Shown here one piece after another: positions 17,719 through 29,224 of a DNA stretch of 64,000 nt. Both the position numbers and the translations under genes were made by a program. Source of the stretch: an uncultured bacterium (GTDB taxonomy: Bacteria; Desulfobacterota; Deferrimicrobia; Deferrimicrobiales; Deferrimicrobiaceae); the NCBI GenBank assembly GCA_964612075.1, contig CAZTFC010000003.1, positions 734-64,733 on the forward strand. The letters are read 5' to 3'. The notes below the pieces were generated by a model, which was not told the origin of the DNA, ran no database searches, and worked only from the letters and a program-made list of their open reading frames with translations. How positions within the stretch are numbered: position 1 is the first letter of the stretch; each line of letters opens with the position of its first letter.

Positions 17719-18321
17719 TCAGCTCTTCGCCGCCGCGGGGACCTGCATCCCCAGGGTGTTCATGATCTCGACGGCCTTCTCCTTTACGGTTTTCGCCTTC
17801 GCGGACGCGTCCGCGAGGGCCCCTTCCTTGAAAGCGGCGCCCGCCTCTTCCCACGTCTTGGTGATCTCCGCCAGCCCGCTCTTTGCCCCGTCGAGCTTCG
17901 CCGCGTCGAGGCCCTCCGGCAGCTTCTTGCTCTTGGAGAGGATGTCGACGCGGCTCTTGATGGCACCGATCATGTTCGGGAGCAGCTTGGCCTGCTCCTC
18001 CCAGTTCTTCGTCAGCTCGCCCTTCTTCACCATCGCCGCAGCCGCCAGCCCCTTCGCCTGGTCGGCGACCGCCGTGGCCGCGGACAACGCGCCCGCGTAG
18101 TCTTTCTTCTGGAAGAGCTCCTTGGCCTGCTTCAGCGCATCCTCCGCCGCCGCCACCTGGTCCGGGATGTACTTCGCAGCTTCCGCCTTTCCGGCGTTCA
18201 GGGCCTCCTCCGCGCTTTTAAGCGCCGCCTCGGCGGGGCCCTTGGCCTTGTCCCCGCAGGCGCCGAGGGCGAGGGCGAACAGCGCAACCAGCACGAGCGA
18301 CAGGAATCTTTTCACTGGCAT
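17719..18321 (-). CDS. Ala/Lys-rich helical lipoprotein
   Basis: Lipobox LGAC; all-alpha composition; RBS GGAG. Confidence 0.85.
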   Translation of the reverse strand: MPVKRFLSLVLVALFALALGACGDKAKGPAEAALKSAEEALNAGKAEAAKYIPDQVAAAEDALKQAKELFQKKDYAGALSAATAVADQAKGLAAAAMVKKGELTKNWEEQAKLLPNMIGAIKSRVDILSKSKKLPEGLDAAKLDGAKSGLAEITKTWEEAGAAFKEGALADASAKAKTVKEKAVEIMNTLGMQVPAAAKS

Positions 18322-18351
18322 GGTCTCCTCCTTGCCGGGTATGGGTTCGCG

Positions 18352-18558
18352 TCAGGGGATGCGCAGCTTCTGTCCGATCCGGATCAGGTTCGGGTCTTTA
18401 AGCCGGTCCTTGTTCGCCTCGAAGATGGTGGGGTAGAGCGAGGGGTCGCCGTAGTACTTGGCGGCGATCTTTGAGAGGGTTTCCCCTTTCTGCACCACGT
18501 GCCACTGGGTTGCGTCCGTCGGGTCTTCTTCCGGTCCCTTCTTCGGTTCGTCGGACAT
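18352..18558 (-). CDS. Stand-alone LysM domain protein
   Basis: WHVVQKGETLSKIAAKYYGDPSLYPTIFEANKDRLKDPNLIRIGQKLRIP; RBS AGGAGG. Confidence 0.92.
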   Translation of the reverse strand: MSDEPKKGPEEDPTDATQWHVVQKGETLSKIAAKYYGDPSLYPTIFEANKDRLKDPNLIRIGQKLRIP

Positions 18559-18758
18559 CGCCTCTACCTCCTGGCTGGTGGTTTCCGTCGGCCTCCCGGG
18601 ATTGCGATGTGGGTATGATCAAATAGCCTATCGTCGCGCGGCCCGGAAAACAACCCGCCTGTCGCCGGGAAATCCGCCCCGGGCGGGTGGTATCCTTTAG
18701 AAGGCAAGGGGGCGTTCGCCATCGGGTTCCGTTTCCTTTTAAAAAAGGAGGGTGACGC

Positions 18759-19565
18759 ATGGAGGGATTCATCGAAGGGGGCGAGGAGCTGATCGCGTCG
18801 TTCGGCTACAAGGTCATCGCGGCGCTGCTGATCTTTTTGATCGGCCGCTGGGCCGCGAAGGCGGTCCGGAACATCACCCGCAGGATGATGGGCCGCAGCG
18901 ACATGGACCCGACGCTGGTGTCGTTCGTAGAGAGCCTGGTCTATTTCGCCATCCTGGCGTTCGTCGTCCTGGCGGCGCTGGCGCAGCTCGGGATCCAGAC
19001 CACGTCGTTCATCGCGGTCCTCGGCGCGGCGGGCCTCGCCGTGGGCCTCGCCCTGCAGGGGTCGCTGGCGAACTTCGCCTCCGGCGTGCTCCTGCTCGTC
19101 TTCCGCCCCTTCAAGGTGGGCGACTACATCGAGGGCGCCGGCGTCGCGGGCCTGGTGGAGGAGATCCGCATCTTCACCACCACGCTCTCCACGCTGGACA
19201 ACAAGGCGATCATCATCCCGAACTCGAAGCTGACCGGCGACAACATCACCAATTACACGAGCAAGGACAACCGGCGGGTGGACCTGGTGTTCGGCGTCTC
19301 GCCCGGCAACGACATCGACGCCGTGAAACGGGCGGTCCTGGGGGTGCTGGAAGCCGACGCCCGCGTCCTGAAGGATCCCGCTCCGACCGTCGCGGTCCAG
19401 GGGATCGCGGGGGGCGTCATGGAAATCGCCGTCCGCCCGTGGGTGAAGACGGAAGACTACTGGGAGGTCTACTTCGGCACGAACGAGAACGTGAAGAAGC
19501 GGTTCGACGCCGACGGGATCCGGGGCCCCGTGCCGCAGCGGGAGGTGCTGCTCCACCAAGCCTGA
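18759..19565 (+). CDS. mscS: Small-conductance mechanosensitive channel (MscS family)
   Basis: GIQTTSFIAVLGAAGLAVGLALQGSLANFASG, PFKVGDYI, IIIPNSKL; RBS AAGGAGG. Confidence 0.93.
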   Translation: MEGFIEGGEELIASFGYKVIAALLIFLIGRWAAKAVRNITRRMMGRSDMDPTLVSFVESLVYFAILAFVVLAALAQLGIQTTSFIAVLGAAGLAVGLALQGSLANFASGVLLLVFRPFKVGDYIEGAGVAGLVEEIRIFTTTLSTLDNKAIIIPNSKLTGDNITNYTSKDNRRVDLVFGVSPGNDIDAVKRAVLGVLEADARVLKDPAPTVAVQGIAGGVMEIAVRPWVKTEDYWEVYFGTNENVKKRFDADGIRGPVPQREVLLHQA

Positions 19566-19657
19566 AGGCGCCTTCGGCCGGCGGCCGGAAAAGTGCGGCC
19601 GGGGGAGTCGCCCGCCTGCCTTCCCGTGGCATCCTGAAGGCAGGAAGGAGGAGTCCC

Positions 19658-20017
19658 ATGGCCAGATACGTCGACGGATACGTTCTGCCCGTGCCGAAGA
19701 AGAACCTGGCGGCCTACCGCCGCCTCGCGAGGAAGGCGGGAAGGATCTGGAAGGAGCACGGCGCACTCGAGTTCCGGGAATGCGTCGGAGACGACCTGGA
19801 CGTGAAGCCGGGGGTGACGTTCCCGCGGCAGCTCCGGCTCAAGGCCGGCGAAACCGTGCTTTTCTCGTGGATCGTGTTCGCATCGAAGGCGCACCGCGAC
19901 CGCGTGAACGCGAAGGTGATGAAGGACGAACGCCTCGCGGGCATGGACCCGAAGAAGATGCCCTTCGATTGCGGCCGCATGGTCTACGGCGGGTTCAAGG
20001 TCCTGGTGGACATCTGA
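19658..20017 (+). CDS. DUF1428 family protein
   Basis: MARYVDGYVLPVP...EHGALEFRECVGDD...FSWIVF...HRDRVNAKVM...PFDCGRMVYGGF. Confidence 0.88.
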   Translation: MARYVDGYVLPVPKKNLAAYRRLARKAGRIWKEHGALEFRECVGDDLDVKPGVTFPRQLRLKAGETVLFSWIVFASKAHRDRVNAKVMKDERLAGMDPKKMPFDCGRMVYGGFKVLVDI

Positions 20018-20039
20018 TCCGGGGGGGAGGGCGGCTCGG

Positions 20040-20657
20040 GTGCGATCCGCCGGAAATTTCATCGGGCGTATCCGGGCCGCCGTTCCCGCGCGATGGCGGT
20101 TCGCCTGGCGCTACCGGCTCGGCGACACCCCCTGGGACACCGGGATCACCCCGCCCGAAGTGATGGAGTTCCTCGGGCGGGCCGCGCCGGGCAGGGCGCT
20201 GGACCTGGGGTGCGGCACCGGGACCAACGCCCTGGAGATGGCGCGCCGCGGCTGGCGGGTGACGGGGGTCGACTTCGCTTCCCGGGCGATCCGGGAGGCG
20301 CGGCGCAAGGCGGCGCGGGAGGGGTTCGGGATCGAGTTCCTCGCCGCGGACGTCTCCGACCTCAGGGAGCTGGCCGGGCCGTACGACTACGCGCTGGACA
20401 TCGGCTGCCTGCATTCCCTTCCGGAAAAGAGCCGGGCCGGGTACGTCGCGGGGCTCTCGCGGCTCGTGCGCCCGGGAGGGGTCTACATGCTGTACGCCTG
20501 GATGGCGCAGGGGCGGGCCGGCGGAACCGCCGGGCTGGCTCCGGAAGAGATCGCGTCGCTCCTGCGGGATTTTTCGATGGAACGAAAGGAAATCGGGGAG
20601 GAAAAAGGCTCCCCGTCGGCGTGGTACTGGTTCCGGAGGCGCAAGGACAACGATTAG
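20040..20657 (+). CDS. Class I SAM-dependent methyltransferase (TPMT-like)
   Basis: TPWDTGITPPE, ALDLGCGTG, VTGVDF, DIGCLH; start codon uncertain. Confidence 0.85.
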   Translation: MRSAGNFIGRIRAAVPARWRFAWRYRLGDTPWDTGITPPEVMEFLGRAAPGRALDLGCGTGTNALEMARRGWRVTGVDFASRAIREARRKAAREGFGIEFLAADVSDLRELAGPYDYALDIGCLHSLPEKSRAGYVAGLSRLVRPGGVYMLYAWMAQGRAGGTAGLAPEEIASLLRDFSMERKEIGEEKGSPSAWYWFRRRKDND

Positions 20658-20666
20658 AATAACTTT

Positions 20667-23600
20667 ATGACCGAGGCCGATTCGGGAGTGCCCGGCCGTT
20701 CCTGTCCGCCCCCGGCGGCGGCCAGGCCGGAATTCGCCCTGCTCCTGGTGTTCGCCCTGCTCGCGGCGGGAATCATTGCCGTAGGGTACCTCTTCTACCA
20801 CCGGTACGAAACCAACCTCCGGGCCCAGGTCGAGACCCAGCTGGCGGCCGTGGCCGACCTCAAGATCGGCGAGCTGCAGCACTTCCGCGCGGAACGGTTC
20901 GCGGACGCGAACCTGCTGTCCGGCAACCGGTACTTCTCGGGGCTCCTCCGGCGGTTCATCGGGCGGCCGGGGGACGCGGACGCGCGGGATCGCATCTCGG
21001 AGTGGGTCGGAAGGTTCCTGTCGCACGGTTTCTACGACCGGGCCATCCTCATGGACGCGCGCGGCGTCCCGCGGCTGTCGATCCGGAAGGGCCCGTCCCC
21101 GGTCCCCGCACCCGTCCTGCAGGCGCTGCCCGATCTCTTCCGGAAGGGCGAGCCGACGATCCTGGATTTCTACCGGGACGGCCCGGAAGGCAGGGTGTTC
21201 CTCGAGCTGCTGATCCCCTTCTTCGAGGACGGCCCCCGCGGCAAGGCCCCGCTGGGCGCCATCGCGCTGCGGATCGACCCGGAGACCCTCCTCTTCCCCT
21301 CCATCACGCATTGGCCCACCGCCAGCCGCACGGCGGAGACGCTCCTCGCCCGCAGGGACGGCGACGACGTCCTTTTCCTGAACCGGCTGGAATACCGGGC
21401 CGATCCCCCGCTTTCGGTGCGGATCCCGCTCGACGCGAAAGCGATGATCCCGGCCGTGCAGGCGGTCCTGGGGCGCGAGGGGATCATGGAGGGGACGGAT
21501 TACCGGGGGGTGCCGGTGCTGGCCCACGTCCGGGCCGTCCCCGGGTCGCCCTGGCACCTGGTCGCGCGCATGGACCTCTCGGAGGTGGGCGCGCCGGTCC
21601 GGGAGCGGCTGCGGCTCACGGTCTTCCTGGTCGTCGCCCTGCTCCTGGCCGCGGCCACGGGCGTGGCCCTCCTCTGGCGGAGGCAGCGCGCCCGTTTCTA
21701 CCGGGAGCAGTACGAGGCGGAGAAGGAGAAAAGCTGGCTGCAGGGAGTGATCTCGCGGAGCCTGAACGAGATCTACGTCTTCGACCTCGAGACGCTGCGC
21801 TTCCAGTACGCCAACGAGGGCGCCCTCCGGAATCTCGGCTACGGGATGGAGGAGCTCTCAAGGATGACCCCGGCCGACATCAAGCCGCCGTTCACGGAGG
21901 AGATGTTCCGCGACATGATCCGGCCGCTGGTCGCGGGCGAGAAGGACCTGCTCGTCTTCGAGACGGCGCACCGCCGCAAGGACGGGTCCGATTACCCGGT
22001 GGAAGTCCACCTGCAGCTCGTCCCGTCGGGCGACCGCGCCGTGTTCCTCGCGTTCATCAACGACATAACGGACCGCAAGGCGGTCGGGGAGCGCGTCCGG
22101 GCGGCCAGCCTGCTGGAGACCGCGCTGCACAGGATCGACACGCAGATCCTCGAGGGGGCGAACCTCCGGGACGTCCTGGGGACCGTCTGCGAGGCCATCG
22201 TGGAGTCCGGCTACCGCCTGTGCTGGGTCGGCCAGCCGGACCCCGAGGGGAGGGTGCGGCAGATCGCCTGCGCGGGTCCCGCCGCCGGGTATACCGAGGG
22301 CATCGACGTCCGCTGGGACAAGACCCCGGGGGGGTCCGGCCCCACGGGAGTCGCCGTCCGGACCGGGAAGCCGTTCCTGGTCCGCGACACGTTCGGAGAC
22401 CCCTTTTTCGCCCGGTGGCGCGACCGGGCGGTCCGCTACGGGCTGCGGTCCATGGCGTCTTTCCCGCTTACCTCCGGCGAGGGAAAGAACATCGCGGTCA
22501 TGCACGTCTACTCGGACCGGCGGGACGCCTTCGGCCCGGAGGAGGTCGCCCGGCTGGAAACCTTCGCCCGCCAATGCTCGATCGCCCTGCTGAACGCCCT
22601 GCGGATCGAGCGCCTCCGGGACGCGCACCAGCGGCTGACGTTCCACATCGAGCGGATGCCGCTCGCCTATATCGTTTGGGACATGGGATTCCGGGTAAGA
22701 GAGTGGAATCCCGCCGCGGAGCGGATCTTCGGGTGGAAGGCGGAGGAGGCGCTCGGGATGTCCGCCCTCGCGATCGTCCCGCCGGAGGCGAGGCCGCAGG
22801 TCGATGCCGTCTGGGCCGCCCTCGTCGGGAAGGGGGAGTCCGGCTTCTCCCTGAACGCCAACGTCCGGAAGGACGGGAAGGTGATCTCCTGCGAATGGTT
22901 CAACACGGCGCTGCACGACTCCGCGGGGAACGTCACCGGCGTTCTCTCCATGGCGCACGACGTCTCGGAGAAGGCCGAGCTGGAGCGGCGCCTCCAGACG
23001 GCGCAGCGCATGGAGGCGGTGGGGACGCTCGCGGGAGGGATCGCCCACGACTTCAACAACGCGCTGACCGGGATCTTCGGGTTCGCGGAGATGCTGAAGG
23101 AGCAGCTCGGGGGCAAACCGCGCGCCCTGGCGGACCTCGACCAGATCCTGCGCAGCGCGGAGCGCGCGTCGCTGCTGACGCGGCAGCTGCTGACCTTCGC
23201 CCGCAGGCAGGCCGTCGAGCTCGCCAACATCGGCTTGAACCGGGTGGTCGAGGACCTCATGAAGCTGTTCTCCCGGGTCGTCGGCGCCCACATCGAGATC
23301 CGGACGTCCCTCGCGGAAGGGCTGCCGAGCGTGCGGGCCGACGGGGGGCAGATCGAGCAGGTGGTCATGAACCTGGTCCTCAACGCCCGGGACGCGATGC
23401 CTGGCGGGGGGATGCTCCGGATCGCGACCGGGCTGGAGCGGATCGACGAGGAATACCTCCGGTATCATCCGTACATGGAATCCGGCGCCTACGTCGTCCT
23501 GACGGTTTCGGACACGGGGTTCGGGATGGACCGGGAAACCCAGCAGCGGGTGTTCGACCCGTTCTTCACGACGAAGGGGCCGGACAAGGGGACCGGGCTG

Positions 23601-24128
23601 GGGATGGCCGTGGTGTACGGGATCGTCAAGCAGCACAAGGGCTTCATCCACCTCTACAGCGAGCCCGGCAAGGGGACGACCTTCAAGGTCTACCTGCCGG
23701 CGGTCGACGCCCCGCCGGACGAGGCCGCCGCCGCGAAGGCGTCGGAATGCCGGGGAGGGCCGGAGACCATCCTCCTCGCGGAGGACGACGAGGCGGTGCG
23801 CACGCTCGTGGAGCGCACGTTGACGGGAATGGGCTACACCGTGCTGGCCGCCCGGGACGGGCAGGAGGCGGTCGAGACGTTCCGGGAAAACCGGGACCGG
23901 GTGGATCTGGCGATCCTGGACGCGGTGATGCCCCGGCTCGGGGGGAAGGGCGCCTTCGAGGAGCTGCGAAAGGAGAAGCCGGACCTCAAGGTGATCTTCA
24001 TGAGCGGGTACGCGGCCGACTCCGATAACGAATCCTTCGTTCCGGTCGCCGGGGTCCCGTTCCTCCAGAAGCCGACGGGGCCGGGCGTGCTGGCCCGGAA
24101 GGTCCGGGAGGTCCTGGACGGGAAGTGA
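20667..24128 (+). CDS. Hybrid histidine kinase (2 TM, Cache-like, PAS, GAF, PAS, HisKA, HATPase, REC)
   Basis: TM pair; PAS HRRKDGS; GAF segment; AGGIAHDFNN; FDPFFTTK..KGTGLG; REC ILDAVMP. Confidence 0.93.
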   Translation: MTEADSGVPGRSCPPPAAARPEFALLLVFALLAAGIIAVGYLFYHRYETNLRAQVETQLAAVADLKIGELQHFRAERFADANLLSGNRYFSGLLRRFIGRPGDADARDRISEWVGRFLSHGFYDRAILMDARGVPRLSIRKGPSPVPAPVLQALPDLFRKGEPTILDFYRDGPEGRVFLELLIPFFEDGPRGKAPLGAIALRIDPETLLFPSITHWPTASRTAETLLARRDGDDVLFLNRLEYRADPPLSVRIPLDAKAMIPAVQAVLGREGIMEGTDYRGVPVLAHVRAVPGSPWHLVARMDLSEVGAPVRERLRLTVFLVVALLLAAATGVALLWRRQRARFYREQYEAEKEKSWLQGVISRSLNEIYVFDLETLRFQYANEGALRNLGYGMEELSRMTPADIKPPFTEEMFRDMIRPLVAGEKDLLVFETAHRRKDGSDYPVEVHLQLVPSGDRAVFLAFINDITDRKAVGERVRAASLLETALHRIDTQILEGANLRDVLGTVCEAIVESGYRLCWVGQPDPEGRVRQIACAGPAAGYTEGIDVRWDKTPGGSGPTGVAVRTGKPFLVRDTFGDPFFARWRDRAVRYGLRSMASFPLTSGEGKNIAVMHVYSDRRDAFGPEEVARLETFARQCSIALLNALRIERLRDAHQRLTFHIERMPLAYIVWDMGFRVREWNPAAERIFGWKAEEALGMSALAIVPPEARPQVDAVWAALVGKGESGFSLNANVRKDGKVISCEWFNTALHDSAGNVTGVLSMAHDVSEKAELERRLQTAQRMEAVGTLAGGIAHDFNNALTGIFGFAEMLKEQLGGKPRALADLDQILRSAERASLLTRQLLTFARRQAVELANIGLNRVVEDLMKLFSRVVGAHIEIRTSLAEGLPSVRADGGQIEQVVMNLVLNARDAMPGGGMLRIATGLERIDEEYLRYHPYMESGAYVVLTVSDTGFGMDRETQQRVFDPFFTTKGPDKGTGLGMAVVYGIVKQHKGFIHLYSEPGKGTTFKVYLPAVDAPPDEAAAAKASECRGGPETILLAEDDEAVRTLVERTLTGMGYTVLAARDGQEAVETFRENRDRVDLAILDAVMPRLGGKGAFEELRKEKPDLKVIFMSGYAADSDNESFVPVAGVPFLQKPTGPGVLARKVREVLDGK

Positions 24129-24162
24129 CGCCGGCCCTTCCCTTCTCTCTCCCCTCGCCGGA

Positions 24163-25360
24163 TCAGATCCTCCCGAGCGCCTGCTCGAGGTCGGCGATCA
24201 GGTCTTCCGTGTCCTCCAGCCCCAGCGCCAGCCGCACCAGGTTGTCCACCATGCCGATGTTGCGCTTGTACTCCTCGGGGTAGTCGAAGAACGACATCAT
24301 CGCCATCTGCGACACGAGGCTCTCGCTTCCGCCGAGACTGGGCGTGATCAGGAACAGCTCGAGGGAATCGATGAACTTCCTCGTTTCCCGGTCCCCTCCC
24401 TTGACCAGGAACGTGATCACGCTCCCGTATCCCTTCATCTGCTTCTTCGCGACCGCGTGGTCCGGGTGGGACGGTAGCCCAGGGTACCAGACCTTCTCGA
24501 CCTTGGGGTGGGACTCGAGCATCCGCGCGACCGCCAGCCCCGCGGTGTTGTGGTGCTCCATGCGCAGCCCGAAGGTCTTCAGGCCCCGCTCGAGCAGGAA
24601 GCAGGTGAAGGGGCCGGGTACCGCGCCGATCATCCGCTGCATGCGGTAGAGGTCATTCAGGAGATCGTGCCTCCCCATCGCAGCGCCGGCCAGCAGGTCG
24701 TTGTGGCCGCCGAAATACTTCGTGGCGGAGTGGAGGACGACGTCGATCCCCATATCGATCGGCTTGAGGTTGTAGGGCGACGCGAGCGTGGCGTCGATGA
24801 TGGTCATGATCTTGTGCTTTTTCGCCACCTTCACGACGCCGGGAAGGTCGATCACGCGCAGGTACGGGTTCGTGGGCGCCTCGGTGAAGACGATGTTGGT
24901 GTTCGGGCGGATCGCCTTCTCGATGGCCTCGGCGGACGGGTCCACCATGGAGACCGCGATACCGAACTTCGAGAGCGTGTTCTGCGCGAAGTCCCTCGTC
25001 TGGCGGTAGCAGTCGCTGGTGAAGATGATGTGGCCGTCCGGGCGCATGTAGGTGAGAAGCGTCAGGATGACGGCGCTCATGCCGGTGGAGAAGAGGATCG
25101 CCCGCTCGGCGCCCTCCAGCGCGGCGAGCTTGCGCTCGCACTCCTGCTGGGTCGGGTTGCCGTAGCGGCCGTATTCGTGCTCCCGGATCATCCGACCCTC
25201 TTTCTTCGCCTTCATGAACTCGTAGACGGCCGAGGTGTTCTCGAAGTAGTAGTTCGAGGTCTGGACGATCGGGGTGGAGACCGCGAAATGCGCCTTCGGG
25301 ACGCGGCCGAGGCCGTGGACGCCGAGGGTCGAGGGTTTCCAGCTCTTCGCGCGCTTCGAT

Positions 25361-25371
<11 letters not shown>
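24163..25371 (-). CDS. metB: Cystathionine gamma-synthase-like PLP enzyme (plant-type signatures)
   Basis: [45 protein letters not shown] (PLP Lys), [20 protein letters not shown]. Confidence 0.85.
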
Positions 25372-26722
<1,351 letters not shown>

Positions 26723-26775
26723 GAAGTTCACCTCCCGGGTCGCGGCTGTTGAGGAATATATCATATCAACGCGAA

Positions 26776-26809
26776 GCGGTTGCCGGGGCTTGGGGGCCCC
26801 GGCAACCGC
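26776..26809 (-). terminator. Hairpin downstream of the Spy-like gene
   Basis: 14-bp perfect stem GCGGTTGCCGGGGC/GCCCCGGCAACCGC with 6-nt loop. Confidence 0.55.
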
Positions 26810-26859
26810 CGCGTGGTGACTACCGCCGTCCCGTGAGGGCAGCGTTTATTTATGGTCCG

Positions 26860-27636
26860 CTACTTCCAGTACGGGCAGTCGGGACGCCCCGGGCCATAGC
26901 CCCGCCCCGGGCCGTAGCCCCCCCTCGGGCCGGGTCCGCCGGCGCGCATCTTGCCGGGGCCTCTTCCGTAGAATCCCAGCTTCTCGGCCTGCGCCTTCTG
27001 CTCGGGGGTCAGGACCTCCTTGATCCGGTTCATGGCGCCTGCCCGGGAAAGGAACAGCTCGGTGCGCTTCTTTTCCCGGTCGGCAGCGAGCTTGCGGACC
27101 GCCGCCTCGTCGTACGGGGTCTTTCCGGCTGCCTCCCAAAGCCGGTCACGGGTGTCCCAAAGCTCCTTCCGGAGCTCCGAGACCTTCTTCCATTCCTCTT
27201 CCTGGATGGCCTGGATCTTCCCCTTCTGTTCCGGCGAAAGCTTGAGCTCCTCGGTCAGGAGGCAGAAATCCTGCCCGAATCCCGTTCCCATGCCCCAGCC
27301 GCCGCGGGGCCCGTGTCCCGCCCAGCCGGGGCCCATGCCCCGCCGCCCGGCGCCCCTGCCGTGCCAGCCGGCCCTGCCCCCCGGCCCCCATTCCGGACGG
27401 GCGGCCAGCTTGCCGTCGAACTCCCTGCAGACCGCGGCCACGTTGTCGCCGCGGGGCGTGGTGAACCGCACCTCGTCGCCCGCCTTCTTCCCCGCGCAGG
27501 CGTCGAAGGCCTCCTGCGGCGGCCCTTGATAGTACCCGCCGCCGGGCCCCCAGGCGGCCCACCCCGAGACGGGGATCATGGCCAGCAGGGCGAGCGCCCC
27601 GACGGTGTTCCTCACGTTCGTTCCGATCGTTCCCAT
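26860..27636 (-). CDS. Periplasmic Spy/CpxP-family protein with extra N-terminal two-Cys domain and Gly/Pro-rich linkers
   Basis: Signal peptide; EAFDACAGKKAGD...AAVC; LKLSPEQKGKI and VLTPEQKAQ (LTxxQ); divergent from BaeSR-like pair. Confidence 0.85.
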   Translation of the reverse strand: MGTIGTNVRNTVGALALLAMIPVSGWAAWGPGGGYYQGPPQEAFDACAGKKAGDEVRFTTPRGDNVAAVCREFDGKLAARPEWGPGGRAGWHGRGAGRRGMGPGWAGHGPRGGWGMGTGFGQDFCLLTEELKLSPEQKGKIQAIQEEEWKKVSELRKELWDTRDRLWEAAGKTPYDEAAVRKLAADREKKRTELFLSRAGAMNRIKEVLTPEQKAQAEKLGFYGRGPGKMRAGGPGPRGGYGPGRGYGPGRPDCPYWK

Positions 27637-27697
27637 GGCGATCTCCTTTCCGTTGTTTCGGGTGGATTCCCGGTGTCAGGTACAGGAATACCAGGCG

Positions 27698-27719
27698 AAT
27701 ATGGATGAAATATGGACGA
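27698..27719. promoter_or_regulatory. Tandem 11-bp direct repeat, candidate OmpR-family regulator site
   Basis: AATATGGATGA-AATATGGACGA between the divergent spy-like and baeS-like genes. Confidence 0.55.
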
Positions 27720-27789
27720 AAAAAGGAAATCCGGCGGGGAAGGGGGATGCCGGTGGTTTTCCCCGCGCGTCCTGTGGTATTTGGGAAGA

Positions 27790-29217
27790 ATGAAGATCCG
27801 GATCCAGCACAAGCTGTTCCTCGCCATGCTGGCGGCCGCGGGCGCCGTGGTCCTCTCCATGTACCTGGTGATGCGGTGGAGCTTCGACCGCAACTTCCTG
27901 AAGTACTCGCACACGGTCGAACTGGAGCGGCTCGAAGCCGTCGCCGGGAAGCTCGAGGAGGCGTACGCCGAGGAAGGGTCCTGGCGGTTCCTGGCGGAGG
28001 ACCCGCAGCGGCTGCGCGGCCTGTTTTGGGACTCTCCCCGGATGATGTCGCGCCGGCCGGGAGGGCGCAGGGGGATGGGCATGGGGCCGATGCACGACAT
28101 GGCGCCGGGCCCCGGGCCCGAGCCGGCCGGGTGGCTCCTCCGCAGGATCGTGCTGCTCGACGGGGAGAAGAATCCCGTCCTCGGCCCGCCGGCGCCGCTC
28201 CGCGGCATGGAGCTGCGGCCGCTCGCGCACGACGGGAAGACCGTGGGGTACCTGGGGATGCTCCCCCCGAGGATCGTGTCCGACGCGCGGCAGCTCCGTT
28301 TCGTCCGGGAACAGAAGAGGGCCTTCGCCTTCATCGCCCTGTCCGTCGTCGCGCTGGCCGCGCTCCTCTCCGTGCCGCTGGCCCGGCAGATGGTCCGCCG
28401 GATCCGGGAGCTGGCCTCGGCCACCCATCTCCTGGCCTCGGGGAGGTTCGACACGCGCGTCCACGGGGACTCCTCCGACGAGCTGGGGCAGCTCTCCCGC
28501 GATTTCAACACCCTGGCGCTGACGCTCGAGAAGAACGAGGCGGCGCGCAGGCAGTGGGTCGCGGACATATCCCACGAGCTGCGGACGCCGCTCTCCGTCC
28601 TGCGGGGCGAGATCGAGGCTCTCCAGGACGGCGTCCGGGAAGCCACCCCGCAGGCCATCGGGGCCCTCCACGGAGAGGTGATGAAGCTGGGACGCCTGGT
28701 CGACGACCTCTACGAGCTGTCGCTCTCCGACCTGGGCGCCCTCACCTACCGCAGGGCCGAGACCGACCTCGCCGCCCTGCTGCGGCAGGCGGTCGACACG
28801 TACCGGAACGAGCTCGCCGCGCGGGGAATCCGCGTCGAGGCGGACGTGCCGGCCGACCGGCGGTTTCCCGCGTTCGCGGACCCCGACCGGCTGAACCAGC
28901 TCTTCTCCAACCTGCTGGAGAACTCCCTGAAGTACACCGAGGAAGGGGGGCGGCTCTCGGTGCGGATCGGGCGCGAGGACCGGAAAGCCGTGGTTGATTT
29001 CGAGGATTCCGGGCCCGGCGTCCCCGGGCCGGAGCTTGAACGTCTCTTCGACCGCCTCTACCGGGTGGAGGGCTCCCGCAGCCGGGCGACCGGAGGGGCC
29101 GGCCTGGGGCTGGCGATCTGCCGCAACATCGTCGAGGCCCATGGTGGTACAATTGCCGCTTTCCCCTCGTCGATGGGGGGCCTCCGGGTGAAGGTGGAAC
29201 TTCCCCTGAGCGGATAG
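27790..29217 (+). CDS. BaeS-like sensor histidine kinase
   Basis: 2 TM, HAMP (DELGQLSRDFN), ADISHELRTPLSVLRGEIEA, NLLENSLKYT, GGAGLGLAIC. Confidence 0.93.
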   Translation: MKIRIQHKLFLAMLAAAGAVVLSMYLVMRWSFDRNFLKYSHTVELERLEAVAGKLEEAYAEEGSWRFLAEDPQRLRGLFWDSPRMMSRRPGGRRGMGMGPMHDMAPGPGPEPAGWLLRRIVLLDGEKNPVLGPPAPLRGMELRPLAHDGKTVGYLGMLPPRIVSDARQLRFVREQKRAFAFIALSVVALAALLSVPLARQMVRRIRELASATHLLASGRFDTRVHGDSSDELGQLSRDFNTLALTLEKNEAARRQWVADISHELRTPLSVLRGEIEALQDGVREATPQAIGALHGEVMKLGRLVDDLYELSLSDLGALTYRRAETDLAALLRQAVDTYRNELAARGIRVEADVPADRRFPAFADPDRLNQLFSNLLENSLKYTEEGGRLSVRIGREDRKAVVDFEDSGPGVPGPELERLFDRLYRVEGSRSRATGGAGLGLAICRNIVEAHGGTIAAFPSSMGGLRVKVELPLSG

Positions 29218-29224
29218 GCGGGGC

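Noticed and set aside
19627-19643. Sigma54 promoter before the DUF1428 gene
   Set aside because: GG-N10-GC spacing is present but the -12 element reads AGGC rather than TTGC.
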